A stretch of 64,000 bases of DNA from Callorhinchus milii (Eukaryota): assembly GCF_018977255.1 (NCBI RefSeq), contig NW_024704743.1, positions 102,612,001 to 102,676,000 on the forward strand, in the 5' to 3' direction. The position numbers and the translations under genes are program-made. How positions within the stretch are numbered: position 1 is the stretch's first letter; each line of letters starts with the position of its first letter. Below the pieces are notes generated by a model, which ran no database searches, was not told the origin of the DNA, and worked only from the letters and a program-made list of their open reading frames with translations. Shown here one piece after another: positions 39,598 to 51,992 of the stretch.

Positions 39598-39931
39598 ATA
39601 ATAATAATAATAATAATAATAATAATCCTTGCATTTGATATAGCGCTTTTCACGTCGGGAGGACGTCCCAAAGCGCTTCACAGAACACACTGTAAAGTGA
39701 ATTGACTGTATATTTGTGGGCAAACGCGGCAGCCAATTGCGCACAGCAATGTCCCACAAACAGTTGTAGATCGAAAATGACCAATTTATTATTGTTTTTG
39801 GTTTTGGAGGGATTATTATTAGGCGTGTGGAGTAAGGAAACTTGCCCAAGGTTTCGCCCTGACCTGCCTGGAATTGAACTCAGGTCTCTCGCTTGCAAAG
39901 CGAGTGCTCTAACCACTGAGCTACAGGACTC
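39598..39931 (-). mobile_element. Young full-length tRNA-derived SINE inserted in an L2 fragment
   Basis: Head gagtcctgtagctcagtggttagagcactcgctttgcaagcg; (ATT)n tail; ggctta on both flanks. Confidence 0.95.
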
Positions 39932-40054
39932 AGGCTTAGTAAGGTGGAGTGTGTGTCCTTGGATGGTGATGCTATCAGCGCCTGAGGTATGGAGGCACTG
40001 ACGGGAGCCAATTAGGAGGGCCTCAGTCGTGTTGACATTCAACTGAATCACTCC

Positions 40055-40710
40055 TGTGGATCTGAACTCTTCAACCTCCCTGGGCTCTCCCTCAGACTCA
40101 CTGAACCAGTGCACAATCTGGATGTCCGGTTCGACCCTCAGCTGTTCTTCCTCCCCAACAACCAGTCCCTGACCCGGGCTACCTTCTTCCACCTCCGCCA
40201 CATTGCCTGCCTCCGACCGTACCTTAAACCAAATGCAGCCCAAACCCTCATGCCTGTGTTTGTTACTTCCTGCCTCGATTACTCAAACACACTCCTCGCC
40301 GGTCTCCCCAGCTTCACTATTCAAAAAACCCAGCTCATTCAGAACTCTGCCACCTATGAGCTTACCCAGATTAAACTCTGTACCCACTTCTCACCAGTTC
40401 TGACCAGGCTCCACTGGCTCCCCATCACCCAACGGATCGACTTCAAGTTCCTCAAACTCATAGTTAAATCCCTTCACTCTCTGGCATTTACCTACCTCTC
40501 CAACCTCCTCACTCTCCATTCCACAATCCGGCATTTCGCTCGACTGGCATCGGCCTCATGCTCGTCCCTCACAACCTCCTCCCCACCAACAGATGTCGCA
40601 CTTTCAGCCACTACGCCCTAAAAATCTGAAGAACTCTCCCTCAATCCCTTCACCTTGCCCCTTTCTCTAGTCACGCCTGAAAACTTTCCTCTTTGACCGT
40701 GCTTAAGGTC
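40055..40710 (+). mobile_element. L2 3' fragment
   Basis: LDYSNTLLAGLP, LHWLPITQRIDFK. Confidence 0.9.
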
Positions 40711-41319
40711 GAAGAGGAAGGTTTTCGGGCAGAACTTGACCATTTCACCAGGCAGAGCATCCATGTCCTCTGTGTAAATACAAATCCTTGTAATATTCTC
40801 CTTTTCCCTTGCTAACTATATTAAATTGAAGAACTCTAGTTATTGACTATGCAATTTTTTTTAGGAGATCAGGGTCTATAAAACACAATTAGACCCAAGG
40901 GATATGTTGCATTTTAGAATGTTGCATTTTAGATTATCTCTGTGCACATTCCTTTTCAGTGAAGATTTCTGACAACTTGCAATGTATGAGCTACTATTCA
41001 CAACATTGTGTTGAAGTTAATGAAGAATACAATTCTATCATATTTAAATTTTAAAGACCCAAATATACCAAATACTTCTCTTTTAAATGTATGGAATTTA
41101 ATATATTTAGACCAGACAAATATTAACAGTAAAGTTAAGATTATAGTTCTGCTCATTTTCAGAATTCAACCTTATCACACTACAGATAAGTTTACTTGTC
41201 CTGGCAATCCATTTCCACTCGAGGCTGATGCTAAGTGTACTTGTTTACCTTTTCCTGTTTCAATAAGGTTGAACGAATTGGTCACATCTACAATACACAT
41301 TCACGATTTTCGATTGACT

Positions 41320-41835
41320 TAACTTTCTTCAGTTAATCGTCAACAAGATCGAGGCTCTCCTGATTGGCTCCCATCAGCCCCTCCATACCTCAGGCGTTGA
41401 CAGCATCACCATCCAAGGATGTACACTCCACCTCACTGAGCCAGTCCGGAATCTTGACGTTTTGTTTGACCCTCAACTATCCTTTCTACCCCACATCCGT
41501 GCCACGATCCGCTCTGCCTTCCTCCACCACTGCAACAGCACCCAACTTCGCCACTGTCTCACACCACAAGCTGCCGAGACCTTCATACACACATTCATAA
41601 CATCCTCTGGAACTCCATCCCGCAGGCCCTCCGCCTCATCCCCTCCCTTGCCTCATTCAAAACCAGGCTCAAAACCCTCTTCTTCGACCGTGCCTTTGAT
41701 CACCCTCCTTTCCCCCTACCCTCCACCCTCCCCGATCCCGACCCCCAGCTTGGGTCCGAAACATTGATTGTCCAGCAGCTTGGGACATCCTCCTGACGTG
41801 AAAGGCACTATACAAATGTAATGTTGTTGTTGTTG
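41320..41835 (+). mobile_element. L2 3' fragment with internal deletion
   Basis: FDPQLSFLPHI; (GTT)n tail. Confidence 0.9.
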
Positions 41836-44118
41836 GATACAGAGATTTATAAATTAAGGTATAGTTCATGGACTACCTTGAAATTAAGTGTATAATGCAT
41901 TCTATATTGCCACTAATTGGTTGTCAACAGCTAAAGTCAGGTTCCCTGATGTGTGTATGAGAGTGAGCTGATTCTTCCCCTCAACCTTCTTGCTTGCTCA
42001 GACATTATTCTATGTGAATGGTACTTTATAAATGTAAACTCTTGTTGTTAGCTTTCTACTAATGAGTCTTGTGGTTGCCTATCTCAATAGATAAAAAACA
42101 TGTCAGGTAATTCTTTTACTGTGGGTAAGCATCAGCCCTGCTTGTGTATGTATGTAAACACATACATACTATGACTTCTATACGTTTCAAGGAGACACAT
42201 TAGTCAGAAGTAATAAGTGATGCAAAGTTTTTGTGCTCTAGCTTTCTATTACACACATCTATGCCCACAGAACCTTAACTATTTATTGTTTAAGTTTTAA
42301 AATGTTATATTTGAAAAAAGGTTCAGCCTATAACAAAATAATTTGTAATTGCTTGACTCATTTTTAGAGCGTAAATGAAGAGATTTGTTTTCAAATAAAT
42401 CTAGGATCCACAGAGGACTGAAACAGTAGATCTCTTCAAACTGAGAGTTAGTGACAATTAGTACAGCTACTACCTACCTTTTTTGCTGTATATATAGTAG
42501 CAAATCATTGTAATTTGTTGCAATTCACAGCCAAATATGCAGTATCTACCATGGTAGTTCCAGCATGATGCATGCAAGTTCCCTGCTCCTAACAACAAAT
42601 GGAGGATCTTAGTGAACCATTGAACTACTCTGGAGATTTCAAAGTACCATTGTTTAATGTTATTAAAGTGTTGATCATTTGCCTGGCTCTTTAATATCAT
42701 TAATAAATAACACTCAATATCAGTGTTCTGCACTTGGGACAAGCTGTGCCTACACAAAGAACTCAAAAATAGGCTGTTAATTCTCCCATTGGCATCATTG
42801 CAATTAGATGTGGATTTGAGGGTATAACTCAGGCTTTGCACTCTGCTTTGCTATAATGCTGGGAGCAAAATGGATTTGCTTCCAGCAGTGTTAACACAGT
42901 GTAAGTGTGGGAGATGAATTTGATCCAAAATATCTCATACTTTATTATAGTATTAATCAAAACAAATCAATGAATCACTGTTTTCGGCTCGATTGTTGTC
43001 TGGGCTGTAATGAACGGAATGATCCTTGTTAATAGGGAGATTAAGAGCAGTGATCATGGATTCTGTATCAAAATGCATCTTTAAAGACACTTGAAAAGCT
43101 ATTGCAATATAGGTTTTTCACACAAGTCCTTTCAACCTCAGCCTGTTATTACAATAAAGGAAACAAGATAATTTGACAATAATTATTTTATTTATGGCAG
43201 TCAGCACAAGGGTGAGCAAGTGCAGCAAAAATCAACTTTGAAAGTAATGGGCAATAGAACCTAATTAGCCACAACTAAAAATGGAAATATCCAGCTTTTC
43301 ATATGATATACACTGCACGCTTCACTGATAATTACTGTAGCTTGACTTTAATAAGCTACACATTGTACAGCATGGTGTTCTCACTTATTATATTGCTGAA
43401 AGGTAAACGCTTGTGTCTTATGCTGATCAGAGCACCCTGGCTCACTGCCTTCAGCAACTCTGTCATATTAATTGGAAATGGGGTTGTGGGTATGTTATTT
43501 CTTTCATTATTCAGGATCAAGAGCCTCCTGTTCACTCTTCAAAGAATGGGCGTATTAAAGCTTCATTAATCTACAGTAACTATAATCCCAGTTAAATTCG
43601 AAAACGTCAAAAAAACTGTGCTTAAGTGTGGTGGAACTGTGACATAATTGTTCCTGATCACTCCACGTGATCTTATGCTGGAAGACTGGAACACACACAA
43701 AAGATCTCTGCTGCTAACTGGTAGGAAGACAAAATGTGGGGGAGGAGGAGCTCAGATTTTTAATCACTGACATTCTTGGTCATGGTGCTACATTTAATAA
43801 AAGATTGCAAAGGTTACTTGCTATTGGAGAACGTGGAGAATTCCTCGAAGAAAACTTGTTCGAAGTAACTTTAAAATTTTTTGTTCGAAAGCCAACAGCC
43901 CCGATCCAAACTCAGCCAAAGGGAAAACTCTTCCAAGAACCTCTACAATTGCTGCACCTTTGATACCAATGGCACATGTCATATATTTGACCATAAAAAA
44001 TGTATGTTTGCCCACAAAACACACAGTCTCTCCACTTTGCAGTATATCTTGTGAAGCACTTTGCGACCTCCTCCACCTGATGTGAAAGGCACCATACTAA
44101 ATGCTAGGATTATTTATA

Positions 44119-44492
44119 TTAATCCTTGCATTTGATATAGTGCCTTTCATGTCTTCTAAATGTCTCAAGGTGCATCACAGAATATACTGTAAAGTGAATT
44201 GACTGTATGCTTTGTGGGAAAAATGTGGCAGCCAATTGCACACCGCAATATCCCACAAACATTCGTGGATTGAATGACCTAATTATTATTATTATTATTT
44301 CTTTTTTGGAGGGATTATTACCCCTGGAAAAGGGATCCGTCAATCGACTAACAACCAGTTTCCTACTTGCTGTTACGTAAACAGATGGGTTTGGAGTAAG
44401 GAAACTTGCCAATGTTTTGCCTTATCAGGAATTGAACTCAGGTTCTCTTGCTTGCAAGATAAATGCTCTAACCACTACACTACAGGACTCCA
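44119..44492 (-). mobile_element. tRNA-derived SINE, full length
   Basis: Head-to-tail match to the other copies. Confidence 0.9.
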
Positions 44493-45614
44493 GATTTATT
44501 TATTGATAAATGGAAATTAACATGCTCTCGCTGCTAAGATTGTTTAATTTACCATACAAAGTATTCCCTCTCTCCCTGATCTTTTTATTGTGGAAGAGAT
44601 TTTTAGCATCAACTCCACTCATGTCTTGGGTATTCTTTGTGTCTCGATAGAGTTGAGGATTAACAATGTGCATTTAAAATGGGAAATGTCATAATCCACC
44701 CACATCACCCTAGTGCCCTAATTGTGTGGGCATAGAACATCATTATCTAATACCATTTTAACTTACATTAGCAAATCCCTGTTCACTTACTGGAGTTCTC
44801 TTCCTACTTTTTTTCAGCAGCGTTTCTATAATCTGTTTATCTTATTTATTCCAATTTTAATTGATATTTTCATCCATTTGGGAGAAATAGTTATTTAGCT
44901 TAAACTTATTTTTCTTGGGTCCATGCTTGACTTACACTCTCAACATTACTTTCTTAATCTTTACACTGCCGATAGATACACATGGATTCCTGTCTCTGTA
45001 GTCTGACCAATTTTAGACATTTCAGGTGCTGGAGGACACAAGAATATTGTAATAATACAGGACAAGATACAACAGTTCTACTGTTGTGATTATTATTATG
45101 CTATTTCATTAATTTACTGGGTGGTTTAACCATAACCCAGTAAATTAGTAAAATAGCACAATAATAATCCTTGCATTTGCTAAAGGTCATTTTCATGTCA
45201 AATTGCTTTAAAGCGCTTCACAGAGATTTTCTGTTCTCTAAAGTGTAGTGATTGTGTATTTGTCATGAAATGCAGCAGCCATTTTACATACAGCAATGCC
45301 CCACAAATAGCCATGAGGTGAATGACCAATTTTATTTGGGTGATTGTTGCCTAAGACACGAGGAGATACTTCCTTCTCTTTTGAATGGTGCCATGGGACC
45401 TTAGCAACCACTTGAACAGGCAGACGGGATCCCTAAAATTACTGCAAAGGAAAGCAAAAGGATGATCCTCAATCTCAGATGAATGAAATATGAACAGCAA
45501 TGAGAGAAGTTAAGGCTCTTCAGTCTTAAAAAGAGATGTCTCAGAGGAGAACTTTGTGAGATACATAAGATTTTAAATGAGATAATGAAAGTAAAGCTGA
45601 ACAAGAGGACAATT

Positions 45615-45830
45615 TAAGAACATAAGAATGAGGAGCAGGAGTAGGCCATTCGGCCCCTCGAGCCTGCCCCGCCATTCGATAAGATCATGGCTGATCTTCT
45701 GACCTAACTCTAATTACCTGCCCTATCCCCATATCCCCTAATCCCTCTATTTTTAAAAAATCTATCAGTCTCAGCCTTGAAGATGTTCAAGGACTACGCA
45801 TCTAAAGCCTTCTGGGGTAGTGACTTCCAT
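45615..45830 (-). mobile_element. Young CR1 3' end
   Basis: Nearly identical to 8625-8840. Confidence 0.95.
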
Positions 45831-46009
45831 GACACGCACTCAAAAGCATATCTTTACCCAGAGCGCAATTAACAACTGGAAAGGTTACCAGGAAAGAAGG
45901 TTGAAGCTGGAGACTGGGCTCATTTTAAAACACAACTTGATTTCTTATTATCTCAAGTTATTTTCAAGCTAAGTAAATAAATCCAGGAGAAGCAAAATTA
46001 AACTAAATA

Positions 46010-46790
46010 ATAACAAAAACAACAAAATTACATTTGTATAACACCTTTCATGTTGGGAGGACGTCCCAGGGTGCTGGACAGTCAAGAATTTCAGACCTGC
46101 GCTAGGGGTTGGGATCAGGGAGGGTGGAGGGCAGGGGGGAAGGAGGGTGATCGAAAGCACAGTCAAAGAGGAGGATTTTGAGCTGGGTCTTGAAGGAGGC
46201 AAGGAGGAGGGCAAGGTGGAGAGGTTGCTGGATGGAGTTCCAGAGGATGGGGGCAGAGTGACAGAGGCCCGTCTGCCAATGGTGGGCCGGGTGAAGCGGG
46301 GGACATGAGTAGGCTGGAGTCTGCTGAGCAGAGGGAGCGGGCAGGATGATACGGGATTAGGAGATTGCAGAGGTAGTTGGTAGAAAAACCATGGAGGTCT
46401 TTGAAGGTGAGGACCAGGATCTTGAACTGTATCCTCTGTGTGATGCGAAGCCAATGCAGTCAGGCAAGGATGGAGGTGGTAGGGTCATGGAGCATGGTGT
46501 GGGAGAGGACACGGGCTGCAGAGTTCTGGATGATCGGCATCATGTGGAGGGAGGAGTTAGGGAGGCTGACAAGCAAGGAGTTTGCATAGTTAAGCCTCGA
46601 AGTATTGAAAGCGCGTATTAGGGTTTCGGTGGCCTGTGGTGTGAGGCAGTGGTGGAGCTGGGCGATGTTGCAGAGGTGGGAGAAGGCAGAACAGGTCATG
46701 GTACAGATGTGGGGTAGAAAGGATAGTTGATGGTCAAACAAGACCCCAAGGTTCCGGACTGTGCTTAGTAAGGTGGAGTGTGCATCCATG
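46010..46790 (-). mobile_element. L2 3' part
   Basis: [18 protein letters not shown]; (AAC)-rich tail. Confidence 0.9.
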
Positions 46791-47261
46791 GAAATCCACC
46801 CTAGATCCAGTGTAGAGCCCTCAGCATGTGGGACAACCTTTACATGACCTTTAATCCCAATGCATCTTCAGTAGTTCATATCCATAAAGAACTGTTTTGC
46901 ACACAGGTCTTATATGCACAAACCTTGGCCTGCATTTAGACCTTGATGTCCTTGAAGAGAGACAAGCACGACCAGAGTGACCTTCGCTTCTTCTTTGAGT
47001 GGTCCATCATGATATAATGTCCAAGCAAAAAATGGCCACATATATTTGTCATTGGCTCATTAATCCTGAATAGTCTAATTGTTTTGTGCTGATCTTAATA
47101 TGTGACACAAATGCAAATATATCACCATTCTTAACAACATCCAAACCAAACAACAGAATATGTATGCTGCCTACACATAGAAATTTCTCCGTGTCTGGAG
47201 TAGAATGAACACTTTTAACCTGGAGGGACGCACTCTGCTCACCTTATCTCGAATATTAGTA

Positions 47262-47657
47262 TTATAATAATAATAATTCTTGCATTTGATATAGCATTTT
47301 ATCAAGTCTTTGAGACATCTCAAAGAGCTTCACAGAATACACTGTAAACAGAATTGACTGTATATTTTGTGGGCGAAAAGTGGCAGGCAATTGCGCACAG
47401 CAATTGTGGATTGTCACTCAATCGACAAACAGTTGTGGATTGAGTGCCCAAATTTTCTTTTCTTTTTTATTAATTTTTTTTAAAGGATTAAAAAAGCAAT
47501 CCACCAACCAACTAACAGCCAGATTCCTACTTACTAGTAGGTAAGCAGGCATGTGGAGTGAGGTAACGTGCTTAAGGTTTCACCTTGCATGGGAATTGAA
47601 CCCAGGTCCTCTCGCTTGAGAGGCGAGCGAACTAACCAATACACTAGAGAACTCCAC
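47262..47657 (-). mobile_element. tRNA-derived SINE inserted in SAMD9-like copy 3
   Basis: The flanks join to match contiguous 63730-63770; aatattag/aattattag duplication. Confidence 0.9.
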
Positions 47658-48289
47658 AATTATTAGGTACAGGTTGGTGACAGTTGAGGTTTGGGGACGC
47701 TAGAGTATGAATTGAGGTACTGGTAGAGATGTCTAACAATCTAAACAGTCTAATCAACTGATTGTTACCATTTACCAGATACCAATAAATAGAGGGAAAA
47801 TAATATTCCAAGTCCCAAAGGCTTCACTGTGAAGTCAGCTCAGCGTTATAAGAAGGTTAGCATCTCATTCACAAAACAGGAACTGATGCTGCTTTAATAT
47901 GATGTATTCAGAAATGAATTTCCAAGTGATGTACAAAATAACCCACAGGCTGTTTTGATAGACTGAACCATGGATTGTGAATGGATTCAAAAATATTGTT
48001 ATGAATTATTACAACAAAATGTGACCAGCACACCTATAACATTAGGAATTTCAATGCACAACATTTTATCCAGGTATCTGCAGACAGGTCTGCAGTAATA
48101 CAAAGTCATGGATATTGAAGTTACCCCCAATTTATAATTGTGTGTTTTTTTATTTACCTTTTGTTAGCAATATTTCACAGTCAATTGATGGCACAAATTT
48201 ATTTCTACATTATCTGAGAGAATAATTGGTTTTGGAATGTGTAAGCAACATGACAGTGTACGTTACCACTTGATTGAGCTTTCTTCAGG

Positions 48290-49660
48290 AAAATCTAATT
48301 GATCACAACATCATTAGATTCAGCGTGCATATGGAAAGGGTTAAGGAACAATCAAAGGTGAAGATACTTGACTGGAAGAGGGCTAATTTCAGTGAGTTAA
48401 AAAGGGACTTAGGCAAGGCAGACTGGAAAGAAAGATTGGCAGGTAAAACAACTAAAGAGCAGTGTTAAGTCTTCAAGGATAAGATAGCTCGGGGACAGAG
48501 CAAATACGTTCCCACAAAAGGGAAAAGTAGGGCGTCCAAACCTCCCTGGATGACGAAGGTAATTGTATCTAGAATGAAGCAGAAAAAGGAGGCGTATGAC
48601 AAATGTCAAACTCAAGATACAGAAGACAACCAAATAGAATATAGGAAGTACAGAAGGGAACTGAAAAAGGAAATAAGAGGGACAAAAAGATTATACGAAA
48701 AAAGGTTAGAGGGGTTACATTAAAGGGATTCCTAAAATATTTTACAAACATATCAAGAAAAAAAGGTTATCAAAGGTAGGGTGGGGCCAATTAAGGACCA
48801 ACGTGGAAATCCTATTGTGGAGGCAGAGAGCATGGCTGATGTATTGAATGAGTACTTTGCATCTGTCTTCACAAAAGAAGTGGATGCACTAAATGCCGCA
48901 GTATCGGAGGAGAGGGTAGAGGAAATGAATAAACAGAGAGGAAGTACTGAAAAGGCTGACTGGACTCAAGGTAGATAAGTCACCCGGTCCAGTGCAGCCA
49001 AGGTTACTATGGGAGGCACGGGTACAAATAGCGGAGGTTTTGGCTACAACTTTTCAATCTTCGTTGGACACAGGGGTGGTGCCAGAGGAGTGGAGAGTGG
49101 CTAATGTTCCTCCCCTGTACAAAAAGGGGCAGAAGGACAAACCTGGGAACTACAGGTCAGTCAGCCTAACATCAGTAGTGGGGAACTCCTGGAGACTATA
49201 ATCTGGGACAGAATAAATCTTCACTTAGAAGAATATGGGTTAATTAGGGACAGCCAGCACGGATTTGTTAAAGGCAAATCTTGTCTAACAAATCTAATAG
49301 AATTTTTCGATGAGGTAAAGGAGAGGGTGGAAGAAGGTAGTGCAGTTGATGCAGTTTATATGGACTTTCAAAAGGCATTTGACAAAGTGCCACATAAAAG
49401 ACTTGTAAGAAAAATAGAAACCCATGGTATAAAAGGAACAGTGGCAGCATGGATCCAGAACTGGCTGGGAGACAGAAAGCAAAGAGTTGTGGTGAACGGC
49501 TGCTTTTCTGACTGGAGGGAAGTGTACAGTGGCATCCCCCAGGGATCAGTGTTGGGACCACTGCTCTTCTTATATATATATATATATATAAATGATCTGG
49601 ACTTGGGTATAGCAAGTAACATTTACAAGTTTGCGGACAACACAAAGTTAGGTAGGGTAT
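48290..49660 (+). mobile_element. CR1 LINE internal fragment
   Basis: NEYFASVFT, NYRSVSLTS, DFQKAFDKVPH, KFADNTKL. Confidence 0.95.
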
Positions 49661-50468
49661 CATAGAATCATAGAGTTATACAGCACAAAAAGAGGCCATT
49701 TGACCAATCGAGTTTGTGCCGGCTCTTTGAATAGAGCAATGTAATGTCAGTCCCACTTCCCAGCTCTTTCCCCATAATCCTGCAAACCCGTCCTCCTCAA
49801 ATACCCGTCCACTGCGTTTTTAAAAGTTGTTATCGAATTGGCCTCGATCACCCTTTCAGGCAATGCGTTCCAGATTCGAACAACTTGCTGCGTGAAAAAA
49901 TTTCTTCTCACCTCTCCTCTGCTTCTTTTAGAGACTATTTTGAATCTGTGACCTCGAGTCACCAACACACCCACCAGTGGAAACATTTTTTCCCTTTCTA
50001 ACCTATCAAATCCCTTCAAGATTTTGAAGAACTCTATTAGGTCTTCTCGTAACCTTCTCTGCTCCAATGAGAATAATCCCAGCCTCTCTAGCCTTTCCTC
50101 ATAATCAAGGTCCCTCATTCCTGGTACCATCCTCGTAAATCTCCTCTTCACCCTTTCCAATGCCTTAACATCCTTCCTATAGTGTGGTGCCCAGAACTGG
50201 GCGCAGTATTCTAACTGAGTCCTAACCAGTGTTTTATATAGGTTAATCATAACATCCTGACTCTGTACTCTATGCCCCTATTTATAAAGCCTAGTATCCC
50301 ATGGGGTTGTATCCCATGGTATCCCTGCCACCTTCAAGGATTCATTTACCTGTACCCCCTGGTCTCTCTGTTCTTTTACCCACTTTAAGATTGTATTACC
50401 TATCCTATATTGCGTCCCCTCATGCTTTCTACCAAAATGCATTACCTTGCATTTCTCCACATTTAAAT
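49661..50468 (-). mobile_element. CR1 LINE 3' end
   Basis: EKCKVMHFG, LEYCAQFWAPH; tail at 49661; same subfamily as 14087-14671. Confidence 0.95.
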
Positions 50469-51474
50469 CAGTACAGGGGTAATAAATAGTGCACGTTTAT
50501 GAAAGACAACTTGTAAGTCAATTTAACAATCATTCCAGATAACAATTCCCAGACACTTTTTGAATAAGGAACACACAGTAAAATAATTCACATTGTAGTA
50601 GATCATTGGCTGTTTATATGGGTAAAATTATTATATTAATAGTATTGTAGTGCAGGAGCCTGAGGTCTGAGTAACCACTCCAGTATTAACAATCCTTAAG
50701 TTTGTTATAGTGCCTTTTACTTCGGGAAGTTGAGGGAGGCCAAAGGCATAGTCAAAGTTATAGGCCTTTATGTTGGATTTATCTAAGGTGGAGGGACTTT
50801 GGGAGAGAGTTGCAGAGGATGAGGGAAAGTAGCTGAAGGTTTATCCCCAGAGTGGGTTATGGGGGTGCAGCAGGTCATAGCTAGTGGACGGAATGTTCAT
50901 GAGAGTAGGATCTCAGGGGTTTACAGAGGTCTCATATCGAAAATGCTGTTTCTGTGACTTGTTAATTGAACGATATACATTAAATCCATCTTTAACAACA
51001 GGTTGTTTTATACCACTAACTGCAAACATGTTTAAGTAGAGCGCATTCACACAGTCACCTCACATCATACTATTTATTTTGCTCTACTATACCCACATTG
51101 GTACTGTGGTGAACAGAAGTCAAATATTTTTTCTTGACTTGGGAGAAAATATTGAACTGAATATTAACGTAAAGGATGAAAATACTCAATTGACAAATGG
51201 TAATAGCCGTATTATGGAATATAATAAGGGAGGAACTTCAGGGATGACAATAACAGTGGATTGTTTATTTCCACCTCATGTTTGGCTTCTTGCAAATTTG
51301 GCTTAAAGATCACACCATGTATGATATAGCAATTATGAAACAAGACATTTTTCACCCCAAAAATAACATGAAGCAAAATCTGATCAATTTACTGATTTGC
51401 ATTTTTATTGAAGTCCTTTGATAAAAAGGAGACACATGCCTGATATTCACTATCCCAAATATGTCATTGACACA

Positions 51475-51992
51475 CAGGCTGCAGATAATCCAGAACTCTG
51501 CAGCCCGTGTCCTCTCCCGCACCAAACTCCGCGACCCTATCTCCCCCATTCTCACCCGACTCCATTGGCTCCCTATCCTTCAGAGGATCCTGTTCAAGAT
51601 CCTGGTCCTCACCTACAAAACCCTCCATGGCCTCGCCCCACCCTGCCTTTGCGACCTCCTAACCCCCTACCAACACGCCCGCTCCCTCCGCTCAGCCGGC
51701 TCCGGCCTGCACCACATCCCCCGACCCACCTGCCCCACCATTTGCCGGAGAGCCTTCAGCCACACTGCCCCCAACCTCTGGAATTCCATCCCCCAATCAC
51801 TCCGCCTCCCCCCTTCCTTAGCCTCCTTCAAGTCCCACCTCAAAACCCTCCTCCTCGACGATGCCAGCAGTCACCTCCCTTCCCTACCCCTCCCTTCTCC
51901 CAGCTCAGGTCTGAAATGCTGTACTCTGTCCAGCGCCTTGGGATGTCCACCCAACATGAAAGGCGCTATACAAATGTAGTCTTGTTGTTGTT
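51475..51992 (+). mobile_element. L2 3' part
   Basis: IQNSAARVL, LHWLP, FKSHLKT; (GTT)n tail. Confidence 0.95.

Larger units (their letters stand above)
35140..47950 (-). pseudogene. SAMD9/SAMD9L-like pseudogene, copy 3
   Basis: QHQFLFCE*DANLLITLS*LHSEAFG ~47812-47900 (SAM); ACLSSRTS 46944-46967 (ACMNSRTN); PRFV ~46920; FVFLPVSS ~43720; ARVL* ~43435; YLLMILKSQANDQHFNNI 42656-42709 within ORF 42470..42841 (YSFMIMKTNFNKEYIENV, ungapped); LLREHL ~35525; LKDSF ~35415; GRENNSLYV 35206-35232 (GRAENNCLYI). Direct DNA homology of 47110-47250 plus 47655-47750 to 63630-63845. Confidence 0.8.

Noticed and set aside
43736..43963. Plus-strand 75-aa ORF resembling a LINE ORF1 fragment
   Set aside because: Better explained as the antisense shadow of SAMD9-like copy 3.
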